From positions 1 to 24,000 of the forward strand of contig BEHD01000012.1 of the NCBI GenBank assembly GCA_002898355.1: DNA of 24,000 nucleotides, written 5' to 3'. A program made the position numbers and the translations under genes. The notes beneath the pieces are model-generated. The model had not been told where the DNA came from. It made no database searches and was given only the letters and a program-made list of their open reading frames with translations. The DNA is from an archaeon HR01. Its GTDB lineage: Archaea > Thermoproteota > Nitrososphaeria_A > Caldarchaeales > Caldarchaeaceae. How positions within the stretch are numbered: the first letter of the stretch is position 1; each line of letters opens with the position of its first letter. Of the stretch, positions 8,822 through 16,807 are shown in pieces.

Positions 8822-9078
8822 GCAGGTTACGAATATTTAATAACTATGATTGGTGAGAATAGGCTTAAGAGTGATAGGGGTGATTCTAGGTGTCTGGCGG
8901 AACTTGCTAGGCTGGGTGCCTTGCCGAGTTCATACATGCCTGAGGGTTGGGTGGCTAGGGTTGGGGAGCTTGTTAGGAGGAGGGCATTCCTAGTGGAACA
9001 GGGATAGATTCGCATTTAATTGAAGTTGAGGAAGGACATCGGACTGAGTATATGGGTAAGCGGAGACTGGGGGAATAA
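8822..9078 (+). pseudogene. Degenerate, frameshifted fragment of an IS110-family (DEDD) transposase/recombinase
   Basis: Frame from 8846: MIGENRLKSDRGDSRCLAELARLGALPSSYMPEGWVARVGELVRRRAFLVEQG* (stop 9005-9007); reading continues in another frame from ~9001: GIDSHLIEVEEGHRTEYMGKRRLGE* (stop 9076-9078). This resembles the IS110 block KxDRxDAxxLAELxRxGxLPxxYxP...LRxLVRxRxxLVxxRTxxKNxIHxLLxxEG. No intact transposase around it. Confidence 0.65.
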
Positions 9079-9115
9079 GGGTATTCTCCGTTAAAGCTTA
9101 AATGCAGAGCCGGCT

Positions 9116-10441
9116 TTGCTTAAACCATCTATGAATAGTGAGGAGGCCGCTGCGCTAAGGGACAAATATCTCATCCGTGGGATTGTACCAAGGGACCCTC
9201 TAGTCATAGATAGGGCTTCAGGCCTACACATCTACGACCTTGAGGGAAATAGGTATACTGACCTCTTCTCAGGCATCAGCACCAATAACTTGGGCCACTG
9301 CCATCCAGATGTTGTGAGGGCTGTGGCCGAGCAGGCAGGCCGGTTTATGCATGTCTCAGGCTATTACACCCATCCGAGAGAGGTGGAGCTGGCGAAAAGT
9401 CTTGTGGATTTACTGCCCAGAAGCCTGTGCAAGGTCTTCTTCTGCAACAGCGGAACCGAGGCTGTGGACGGCGCTGTCAAGCTGGCCAAGAAGACCGCCG
9501 TAGTCGAGGGCAGGCAGGGCTCGACAGTTATAGCTTTGAAGGGCTCATTCCACGGACGCCTATCCCTCACACTCACCCTTACCGGCCAGAGAAAATACAA
9601 GGCCAGGCTGGGCAACTACGCCAACTATCCAGGTGTGGTGCATGCCCCATGCCCCTACCACTACCGCTACGGCGGAGGACTCTCAGAGGACGAGTTCGGC
9701 CTGAGATGCGCAGACGAGGTGGCCGAGATCATAGACCATTACGCATCTGGAGATGTGGCTGCTGTGCTGGTGGAGCCCATACTAGGAGAGGGAGGCATAA
9801 TAGTGCCCCCCGACACCTACCTCCCACGCCTCGAGAAGATCTGTAGTGAGAGGGGTGTCCCGCTGGTGGTGGATGAGGTTCAGACAGGCTTCGGCAGAAC
9901 AGGGAAAATCTTCGCCTCCGAGCACTGGGGACTTAAACCAGACCTCATGGCGATGGCCAAGGCCTTGGGCGCCGGCCTCCCCCTAGGTGCGATAGCTGTC
10001 TCCGAACGCGTCGACAGAGCCCTAGAGCCTGGAGACCATTTTAACACCTTCATGGGCAACCCTGTATCGTGCGCTGCAGCATTGGCGGGCATCCGGGTCC
10101 TTACAAGAGATAGGCTTCACGAAAACGCTGCCAGGCAGGGCGCATCCATGATAAAACATCTCCGTGAGGCTATGGATGAGATACCGTTCATGGGTGATGT
10201 CCGGGGCCGTGGCCTTATGGTTGGTGTGGAGCTGGTCTGGGATGAGAGGACCAAAAAGCCGGCGCCGGAGCTGGCTGACAGGGCTAAGGCCGAGATGAGG
10301 AGGAGGGGCTACCTGATAGGCGTCGGTGGAATCTATAAGAACGTGCTCAGAATCCAGCCACCCCTCATCATAACTGAGGAGGTCGCCCAAGAGGCTGTGG
10401 AGAACCTAGTCGAATCCATTAAAGAGTCGGCCAAAATATAG
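9116..10441 (+). CDS. Class III PLP-dependent aminotransferase (acetylornithine/4-aminobutyrate aminotransferase-like), 441 aa
   Basis: YLIRGIVPRDPLVIDRASGLHIYDLEGNRYTDLFSG, FCNSGTEAVDGAVKLAKK, VEPILGEGGIIVPPDTYLPRLEKICSERGVPLVVDEVQTGFGRTGKIFASEHWGLKPDLMAMAKALGAGLPLGA. TTG start; ATG 15 nt downstream is also possible. Confidence 0.95.
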   Translation: MLKPSMNSEEAAALRDKYLIRGIVPRDPLVIDRASGLHIYDLEGNRYTDLFSGISTNNLGHCHPDVVRAVAEQAGRFMHVSGYYTHPREVELAKSLVDLLPRSLCKVFFCNSGTEAVDGAVKLAKKTAVVEGRQGSTVIALKGSFHGRLSLTLTLTGQRKYKARLGNYANYPGVVHAPCPYHYRYGGGLSEDEFGLRCADEVAEIIDHYASGDVAAVLVEPILGEGGIIVPPDTYLPRLEKICSERGVPLVVDEVQTGFGRTGKIFASEHWGLKPDLMAMAKALGAGLPLGAIAVSERVDRALEPGDHFNTFMGNPVSCAAALAGIRVLTRDRLHENAARQGASMIKHLREAMDEIPFMGDVRGRGLMVGVELVWDERTKKPAPELADRAKAEMRRRGYLIGVGGIYKNVLRIQPPLIITEEVAQEAVENLVESIKESAKI

Positions 10442-10529
10442 CCCGGGCCGGATTCGAACCGGCGTCGCGGGGTCCAAAGCCCCGCATCCCTAGCCCTCCG
10501 GATGGGTTTGACCGCTAGACGACCGGGCT
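10439..10529 (-). tRNA. tRNA-Gln (anticodon UUG) with a probable ~18-nt non-canonical intron in the D loop/stem (about 10490..10507)
   Basis: On the minus strand: agcccgg ... ccgggct acceptor pairing, cgggg-ctTTGga-ccccg anticodon arm, gccgg-ttcgaat-ccggc T arm. Mature form requires removal of acccatccggagggctag to give gtctagcggtcaaggatgcggggctttgg. Confidence 0.93.
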
Positions 10530-10568
10530 ACACTATCGGGTATGATATTTTGGATAATTAAACCTTTT

Positions 10569-10859
10569 TCAGGGGCCCTGGTTTAGACGCATATTAATCA
10601 GGTCGGCCATGACATGGTTTCTACACTCTATCAGTATCTTCTTCACCCCCGCCACCTTCAACGCTACAGATTTCACAGCCTCAGCATAGCTTAGGAGGGT
10701 GGGTGAGTATGGGTCCCTCGGAGATATAACAATCCTCACCAGCCCGTCCCCAAGGTCTTGGACATTCACGGTCAGGAGCAGGGGTATGGCTGGGGCGCCG
10801 GATACGGGGTCCCTAATGCTTCTCAGACGGCTGAAGACCTCATCCTCCAACGTAGTCAA
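10569..10859 (-). CDS. MIP18/DUF59-like (iron-sulfur cluster assembly-related) protein, 96 aa
   Basis: EDEVFSRLRSIRDPVSG..., VNVQDLGDGLVRIVISPRDPYSP..., IKxV-type end VAGVKKILIECRNHVMADLINMRLN; divergent member. TTG start. Confidence 0.6.
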   Translation of the reverse strand: MTTLEDEVFSRLRSIRDPVSGAPAIPLLLTVNVQDLGDGLVRIVISPRDPYSPTLLSYAEAVKSVALKVAGVKKILIECRNHVMADLINMRLNQGP

Positions 10860-11006
10860 CGATATTACATAGCCTCGGCACGTCTTAAGGATGTGGAAAC
10901 CACCATGACTGGGTTGGTGGCTGGGGTTAGGAGTTAAACCGCATCCATCGATTTCCCGTCAGTGTAGAGAGGGGGATGTTGTTGGGAATTTTCCGAAGTC
11001 ACCACA

Positions 11007-11014
11007 TTTATATG
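11007..11014 (+). promoter_or_regulatory. Candidate archaeal TATA box for the ATPase H-C pair
   Basis: tttatatg centred ~20 nt upstream of the GTG start at 11031. Confidence 0.45.
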
Positions 11015-11030
11015 AAGGAATGTCTGTGCT

Positions 11031-11366
11031 GTGGGTGTGACAGGTGAGGAGCTGGAGACTGTGGTGAGGAGGCTTTCAGAGGTTGAGGCTGAGCTGGATA
11101 AGCTGGTGGCGGATGCCGGGTGGGCTGGGAAGGAGCTTGTGCTAGCGGCCGAGAAGGAGGCCCAGAACACCAAGGCCAGGCTCATAGCGGAGATACAGTC
11201 CCAGCAGGAGAGGCTGCTGGCCCAGGCTAGGGCTGAGGCGGAGGCCCGGGCCCGCGAGATAGTTGAGAAGGGTGAGAGGGATGCGGAGGAGGTAAGGGCT
11301 AGGGCTGAGAAAAAGCTCGCCGAGGCGGTGAGGCTTGTCGTCTCGAAGCTTTTGGGAGAGGCCTAG
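11031..11366 (+). CDS. A/V-type ATPase stalk subunit H-like coiled-coil protein, 111 aa
   Basis: Alternating charged/Ala-rich coiled coil (LVLAAEKEAQNTKARLIAEIQSQQERLLAQARAEAEARAREIVEKGERDAEEVRARAEKKLAEAVRLVVSKLLGEA), directly upstream of subunit C. Confidence 0.7.
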   Translation: MGVTGEELETVVRRLSEVEAELDKLVADAGWAGKELVLAAEKEAQNTKARLIAEIQSQQERLLAQARAEAEARAREIVEKGERDAEEVRARAEKKLAEAVRLVVSKLLGEA

Positions 11367-11383
11367 GAGGCAGTTGAGCCGGG

Positions 11384-12436
11384 ATGCATAATCTTAAGCT
11401 GGACTCTGTATATGGTGTCGCCAAATCATACGGACTAAAGTCCCTTCTCTTCCCCTACTCGTTCATCCAGGAGCTGGCCGACTCGAAGGACGTCGAAGAC
11501 CTTGTGGACCGGTTGAGGGCTTCACCCTACGGAGCCCACCTAGCCCAGCTTACAAGGCCCTACACACCCGTGAAGGTGGAGAGGGCGTTATGGCATAGCC
11601 TTCTGGATGTTCACTTCAGGCTGGTTAATGTCTCAGCCCAGCCGCGTATCCTCCACGCCTACTTCCTGAGATATGTCCATTCAAATTTGAAGGCCGTGCT
11701 GAGGGGGAAGGCCCTCGGCAAGGGCTATGACGAGATTATGGAGTATGTGGACCTCTACCCCGAGTCTCTGCTGGGTGTGAGGGATGAGGTTTTGAGGGCT
11801 GTTGGAGCCCGTGACCTGCAGGCCGCCGTAGCCGAGATAGCCAAGACCGACCTGGCTGAGGCTGGAAGGATAGCCATGGAGGTGTGGAGTACAAAGAAGG
11901 AGCTGGTGGCCTTCGACATGGTGGTGGATAAGATGTTCCTGCAAAAGCTTCTGGAGGCTTTCCGAGGCCTGCCCAGGGGTGAGAGGAGAGACTTTAAACC
12001 CCTCATCTCACTAGAGCTAGACACCGGCATAGCGGCCAGCATCCTGAGGCTGAAGTCTTGGAACCTTCCGCCGGCGGAGATAAAGGAGTTCATACCTGAG
12101 AGGGGTGTGGAGATGGATGGGGCCGGAATAGACCTTCTGATATCTGCGAGGGAGGTGGGTGAAGCGGTTTCGGCCCTCCAGCTCTTCCCATGGCATAAGA
12201 TGGGGGATGTTAGGGATATCCAGTCGCTGATAAGGCATCTGGAGAAGACCGCATCCGAGTACAAGATAAGCCTCGCATCCAAATACTACTACCAGAAGCC
12301 GATGAGGAACGTTTTGACTCTGGCGATAATCTTGTTGAAGGAGGCGGAGGTTAGGAACATAGCTACGATAGCCACAGGCTTGTATGAGGGGCAGCCCGCC
12401 GCCAGGATATTGGAGAGGCTGGTCAAGACCATCTGA
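11384..12436 (+). CDS. atpC: A/V-type ATP synthase subunit C, 350 aa
   Basis: YGVAKSYGLKSLLFPYSFIQELADSKDVEDLVDRLRASPYGAHLAQL..., YFLRYVHSNLKAVLRGKALGKGYDEI, NVLTLAIILLKEAEVRNIATIATGLYEG (E-x-R-N-I-R/A-type motif). Confidence 0.88.
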   Translation: MHNLKLDSVYGVAKSYGLKSLLFPYSFIQELADSKDVEDLVDRLRASPYGAHLAQLTRPYTPVKVERALWHSLLDVHFRLVNVSAQPRILHAYFLRYVHSNLKAVLRGKALGKGYDEIMEYVDLYPESLLGVRDEVLRAVGARDLQAAVAEIAKTDLAEAGRIAMEVWSTKKELVAFDMVVDKMFLQKLLEAFRGLPRGERRDFKPLISLELDTGIAASILRLKSWNLPPAEIKEFIPERGVEMDGAGIDLLISAREVGEAVSALQLFPWHKMGDVRDIQSLIRHLEKTASEYKISLASKYYYQKPMRNVLTLAIILLKEAEVRNIATIATGLYEGQPAARILERLVKTI

Positions 12437-12710
12437 TAATGAATCCTGTCAGCTCACCTTGCGGAGAGCTCCATTCCACATCCACCCTCTCAACCCTAGC
12501 AGCTGGAGGCCCCCTATGACACCACTCCACAAGCTTTCTCAAGGCTGCCTCATCACCCTCCGCATAGGCTTCCACACTTCCATCCTCGAGGTTTCTAACC
12601 CATCCCACCAACCCCAGCTCCTCGGCAACACTCTTCATATGGGCGCGGAAGAAGACCCCCTGAACTAGCCCGTAAACTCTGATACGTGCAGCCTTTACCG
12701 CCATGGTCAA
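12423..12710 (-). CDS. acyP: Acylphosphatase, 95 aa
   Basis: RIRVYGLVQGVFFRAHMKSVAEELGLVGWVRNLEDGSVEAYAEGDEAALRKLVEWCHRGPPAARVERVDVEW is a complete acylphosphatase signature; start more likely at MAVKAARI. Confidence 0.95.
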   Translation of the reverse strand: MTMAVKAARIRVYGLVQGVFFRAHMKSVAEELGLVGWVRNLEDGSVEAYAEGDEAALRKLVEWCHRGPPAARVERVDVEWSSPQGELTGFIIRWS

Positions 12711-12722
12711 CCTTATAGATGG

Positions 12723-13889
12723 GTGGAGGTTTTATTTAGCGGATTGCGGCCGAGGGCTGACGCAGCGGTTGTAGGTGCCGGGCCTGCTGGACTGATGGCT
12801 GCAGCATATCTGGCCTTCAGGGGATTTGATGTGGTGGTCTTTGAAGAGGATGCGATTATAGGCAGGCCCGAGAGATGTGCAGGGCTTTACAGCCTCTGGG
12901 GCCTTAAGGCTCTCCGGATACCTGCGGACGGCCCATATCTACAGAACAGGGTTATGGGGGCGGTCTTCACATCGCCCAGTGGAGAAAGCTTCACCGTCAA
13001 GGCTCCATCGGAGGTGGCCGTAGTATGCAACAGGGAGAGGTTCGACCAGTACCTCGCTGAGAAGGCCCTCGATAATGGTGCAACGATATACCTGGGCGTC
13101 CACGTCCGGGATATACATCGGAGAGACGGCGGCTACGTCCTAGATACTGGCGCAGGGCAGGTGGAGGCTAGCTATCTCCTGGTGGCCGAGGGGAGGAAGG
13201 CCCACATAGCCCGGCGAATATACCCCGGATACAGGCTCGGACCCTGGATACCGATAATCCAGTATCAGGTGGCAGGCCACGGCCAGGACCCAGACCTTGT
13301 CTACCTATACTTCACCCGATACCTCCCAGACTTCTTCGCCTACCTCGTTCCGGTGGACGGGGATGTTGGGAAGCTGGGGGTTGCGGCGGTCAAGAACACC
13401 TGGGCCCTAAGCCTGAGGTTTCTGAGGGAGTACTTCCCAGGAGCAAGGATTTTGGGTGTCAGCTCCTCATCCGTCTATGTCGGCCCGCCTCTCCCGGACC
13501 CGAAGATAGGTAATGCCTTCCTACTAGGGGATGTGGCTGGCCAGGTCAAGGCGACTACCGGTGGCGGTGTGGTGTATGGCGGGCTCTATGCCCTGGCTGC
13601 AGCCCGTCACATAGCCGGCATGGCTGACTTTTACAGCACGGTCAAGCCGTTACAGAGGGAGCTGGAGAACACATATCTTCTTAGGAGGCTGGTCTCGAGA
13701 ATCGGTCCTGCGATGTTAGATACTCTCTTCCGCTCGGTGGGTGAGAGCGGTATGGCGGAGAGGCTGGGGAGGTTGGGGAATATGGAGAGGCACCATAACA
13801 CCCTCTTGAGGAGCCTTCTCCACCCCTCAGCCACCCTCCTCGCCCTCCATCTCATTAAAAACTATCTCCAGGCAATACTTAAAAGCTGA
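12723..13889 (+). CDS. Geranylgeranyl reductase family FAD-dependent oxidoreductase, 388 aa
   Basis: AAVVGAGPAGLMAAAYLAFRGFDVVVFEEDAIIGRPERCAGLYS, GDVAGQVKATTGGGVVYGGLYAL. Confidence 0.9.
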   Translation: MEVLFSGLRPRADAAVVGAGPAGLMAAAYLAFRGFDVVVFEEDAIIGRPERCAGLYSLWGLKALRIPADGPYLQNRVMGAVFTSPSGESFTVKAPSEVAVVCNRERFDQYLAEKALDNGATIYLGVHVRDIHRRDGGYVLDTGAGQVEASYLLVAEGRKAHIARRIYPGYRLGPWIPIIQYQVAGHGQDPDLVYLYFTRYLPDFFAYLVPVDGDVGKLGVAAVKNTWALSLRFLREYFPGARILGVSSSSVYVGPPLPDPKIGNAFLLGDVAGQVKATTGGGVVYGGLYALAAARHIAGMADFYSTVKPLQRELENTYLLRRLVSRIGPAMLDTLFRSVGESGMAERLGRLGNMERHHNTLLRSLLHPSATLLALHLIKNYLQAILKS

Positions 13890-13893
13890 AGAG

Positions 13894-14088
13894 GTGGAGG
13901 GCATCCCGATGAGCGAGCAACAGACAACGCCTCTATGTACGTGGTGTCACAGGCCTATTATAGCCAGTGAGTGTGCCGTCTCGTTTCCATGCCCCAACTG
14001 CGGCAAGTCAGTGATATGGCGGTGTGAGATATGCCGTGAGCTGGCTAGGCCATATGTATGTCCGACCTGCTGGTTTAAGGGGCCGTGA
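13894..14088 (+). CDS. Small zinc-finger protein of the HVO_2753 type (four CxxC-like motifs), 64 aa
   Basis: CTWCHRPI...FPCPNCGKSVIWRCEICRELARPYVCPTCWFKGP; located directly upstream of EF-1beta as commonly seen in archaea. Likely start at the internal MSEQQ. Confidence 0.8.
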   Translation: MEGIPMSEQQTTPLCTWCHRPIIASECAVSFPCPNCGKSVIWRCEICRELARPYVCPTCWFKGP

Positions 14089-14366
14089 ATGTCTCCATGG
14101 CCGATGTCCTAGTCATTATCAGGATATATCCCGAAGAGCCTGATTCAGACCTTGAGGATATCGTGGAGAGGGTTAGGAGGAGCCTACCTGAGAAGGTTGT
14201 GCTGAGGGACTACAGGTCCGAGGAGATGGGTTACGGCCTCTCCTCCCTCCTGGTAGGATTTACCATGCCCGATTCGGAGGGTGTGCTGGAGGAGCTGGAG
14301 GAGGCCCTGAGAGGGGTTGACGGTGTGTCGGAGATTAGCGTTGAACATGTAACACGTATCTTATAG
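14085..14366 (+). CDS. ef1b: Elongation factor 1-beta (aEF-1beta), 93 aa
   Basis: DVLVIIRIYPEEPDSDLEDIVERVRRSL..., EEMGYGLSSLLVGFTMPDSEG..EELEEALRGVDGVSEISVEHVTRI. Likely true start MADVLV. Confidence 0.92.
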   Translation: MNVSMADVLVIIRIYPEEPDSDLEDIVERVRRSLPEKVVLRDYRSEEMGYGLSSLLVGFTMPDSEGVLEELEEALRGVDGVSEISVEHVTRIL

Positions 14367-14393
14367 AGATGGTTACGCTTAAATTATCCTTGG

Positions 14394-16589
14394 GTGTTGG
14401 TTTTTCCGATGAGTGTTAAGGAGCTTAGACTACGTGTGGCCGAGGCTAAGCAGAGGGATGTAGGCTATGGTATTGCTAGGATAGATAGGAGTGTGGGCGC
14501 TGAGGCTGGTCTCTCAACGGGTGATGTGGTGGAGATTAGGGGGAAGAAGCTTACAGCGGCCACGGTTTGGCTGGGCTACGTGGAGGAGGAGAAGGATAAA
14601 GACATCATAAGGATAGACGGCCACATCAGAAACAACGCCGGAGTATCCCTCAACGACTACGTGCTGGTCAGGAAGGCCCAAGTAAAGGAGGCCCAGCTCG
14701 TGGTCTTGGCTCCGTACAACTCATCAGTCAGGCCTGATGAAAACTTCACCAAGCTTGTCAAGAGCAGGCTCATCGAGTATCCGGTTGTCCACAGAAACAT
14801 AGTGCCGGTACTCTTCTTCGGCAACCTCTTCACCTTCGTGGTGGTTCAGACGAGGCCTACGGGCATAGTCAAGATAACCCCCAAGACCAAGCTGACGATT
14901 CAGTCGAGGGTTGTCCAGGAGAAGGCTTTGAAGACAAGCGTCACATACGAGGATATCGGCGGTCTCCAGGAGCAGATTCAGCGGGTTAGGGAGATGATAG
15001 AGCTCCCCCTCAGATTCCCCGAACTCTTCCAGAAGCTTGGGATAGAGCCTCCCAAGGGAGTTCTACTATATGGGCCGCCTGGATGCGGTAAGACACTGCT
15101 GGCCAAGGCTGTAGCAACGGAGGCTGAGGCGAACTTCATACTCATCAACGGGCCCGAGATAATGAACAAGTATTACGGAGAGACGGAGGCTAGGCTGAGG
15201 GAGATTTTCAGGAAGGCTGAGGAGGAGGGGCCCAGCATCATATTCATCGACGAGATAGACGCCATCGCGCCGAAGAGGAGCGAGGTTACGGGTGAGGTGG
15301 AGAAGAGGGTTGTGGCCCAGCTCCTCGCCCTCATGGATGGGTTGGAGGGACGTGGCAACGTCATCGTGATAGGTGCCACCAACAGACCCAACGCTCTAGA
15401 TCCTGCCCTGAGAAGGCCTGGAAGGTTCGACAGGGAGATTGAGATTGGGATACCGGATAAGAAGGGACGTACTGAGATACTGCACATCCACACCAGGGGT
15501 ATGCCCCTTGCCAAGGATGTTGTGGTGGAGAAGCTGGGTGAGATAACTAGGGGCTATACGGGTGCGGACCTCACCGCCCTCTGCAGGGAGGCGGCCATGA
15601 AGGCCATCAGGAGGATACTCCCCAACATAGACTTCTCGGAGGAGAAGATATCTCCCGAGATACTTAACAACTTGGAGGTCACCATGAAGGATTTCATGGA
15701 TGCCTACAAGGAGATAACGCCCAGCGCCTTAAGGGAGGTGGAGGTGGAGACACCCACCGTGAGGTGGGAGGATATCGGGGGCCTAGCCACCGTGAAGCAG
15801 AAGCTGATAGAGGTTGTTGAGTGGCCCCTCAAATATCCTGAGAAGTTCCAGAAGCTGGGGATAAAGCCTCCCAAAGGCATACTGTTGTATGGGCCGCCTG
15901 GATGCGGTAAGACACTGCTGGCCAAGGCTGTGGCCACCGAGAGTGAAGCCAACTTCATCTCCATAAAGGGGCCGGAGATCTATTCCAAATGGGTTGGCGA
16001 GTCTGAGAAGGCTATAAGGGAGACCTTTAGGAAGGCTAGGCAGGCAGCTCCTTCGGTTGTCTTCCTAGATGAGATAGAGTCGATAGCGCCTCGGAAGGAT
16101 GTGATGGAGGATAGCTCGGGCGTGGCTAACAGGGTTGCAAGCCAGCTCCTGGCCGAGATGGATGGTATCGAGGAGCTGACAGATATCGTGGTGGTGGGAG
16201 CCACCAACAGGCCAGACCTCCTCGACCCGGCGATACTGAGGCCTGGCAGGTTTGACAGGCTGATATACATTCCACCGCCAGATGAGAAGTCGAGGCTTGA
16301 GATACTCACAATATACACTAGGGGGATGCCTCTCGACGCCGATATCAGTCTGGAGGAGCTGGCCAGCAGGACTGAAGGCTTCTCGGGGGCAGACCTTGAA
16401 TCTCTCTGCCGGGAGGCTGCGCTGGCGGCGCTTAGGAGAGACATAAACACGGAGAAGGTTATGAAGATAGATTTCGAGGAGGCCTTCACCACCGTCAAAC
16501 CCAGTATATCGCCCCAGATGCTGAGGGAGTATGAGAGGCTGGGTGAGGTTCTGAGGACTTCGGAGAAGCCGCTGGCGATGATTGGTTGA
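14394..16589 (+). CDS. cdc48: CDC48/VCP-family AAA+ ATPase (N domain, D1, D2), 731 aa
   Basis: N-terminal double-psi region, two GPPGCGKT Walker A motifs (D1 and D2), Walker [11 protein letters not shown] and [10 protein letters not shown], two GRFDR SRH regions. True start likely MSVKELRLR. Confidence 0.97.
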   Translation: MLVFPMSVKELRLRVAEAKQRDVGYGIARIDRSVGAEAGLSTGDVVEIRGKKLTAATVWLGYVEEEKDKDIIRIDGHIRNNAGVSLNDYVLVRKAQVKEAQLVVLAPYNSSVRPDENFTKLVKSRLIEYPVVHRNIVPVLFFGNLFTFVVVQTRPTGIVKITPKTKLTIQSRVVQEKALKTSVTYEDIGGLQEQIQRVREMIELPLRFPELFQKLGIEPPKGVLLYGPPGCGKTLLAKAVATEAEANFILINGPEIMNKYYGETEARLREIFRKAEEEGPSIIFIDEIDAIAPKRSEVTGEVEKRVVAQLLALMDGLEGRGNVIVIGATNRPNALDPALRRPGRFDREIEIGIPDKKGRTEILHIHTRGMPLAKDVVVEKLGEITRGYTGADLTALCREAAMKAIRRILPNIDFSEEKISPEILNNLEVTMKDFMDAYKEITPSALREVEVETPTVRWEDIGGLATVKQKLIEVVEWPLKYPEKFQKLGIKPPKGILLYGPPGCGKTLLAKAVATESEANFISIKGPEIYSKWVGESEKAIRETFRKARQAAPSVVFLDEIESIAPRKDVMEDSSGVANRVASQLLAEMDGIEELTDIVVVGATNRPDLLDPAILRPGRFDRLIYIPPPDEKSRLEILTIYTRGMPLDADISLEELASRTEGFSGADLESLCREAALAALRRDINTEKVMKIDFEEAFTTVKPSISPQMLREYERLGEVLRTSEKPLAMIG

Positions 16590-16807
16590 GCGGGTTGTCC
16601 ATCTACTACTCTATTCTCAACGTGTTGAAGAGGATGGGTGGGAAGGCCATGTGGCAGAATCTACTGGATGAGCTGCAGAGAACCGGAGTGGAGGTCTCGA
16701 AGAGCGGGCTGAATCAGGCGTTGTTGAAGCTGGAGATTCATGGAAGGGTTAGGGTCACCAACCTAGATGAGATACGTAAGATAGTTGAGCTCGTGGGTGA
16801 GGACTAG
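16586..16807 (+). CDS. Small predicted winged-helix/HTH-like protein, 73 aa
   Basis: TTG start overlaps the CDC48 stop (TTGA); MWQNLLDELQRTGVEVSKSGLNQALLKLEIHGRVRVTNL resembles a wHTH helix-turn-helix plus wing. Confidence 0.65.
   Translation: MSGLSIYYSILNVLKRMGGKAMWQNLLDELQRTGVEVSKSGLNQALLKLEIHGRVRVTNLDEIRKIVELVGED

Noticed and set aside
8827-9015. 62-aa minus-strand ORF in the Rpp21-aminotransferase gap
   Set aside because: The plus strand of the same interval reads as an IS110 transposase fragment, which explains the sequence better.
9427-9846. 139-aa plus-strand ORF
   Set aside because: Out-of-frame within the aminotransferase gene; Pro/Arg/His-rich and without start context.
11755-12282. 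175-aa minus-strand ORF
   Set aside because: Antisense to ATPase subunit C.
15980-16498. 172-aa minus-strand ORF and its sibling at 14978..15514
   Set aside because: Antisense to the CDC48 ATPase domains; the two shadows resemble each other only because D1 and D2 are paralogous.
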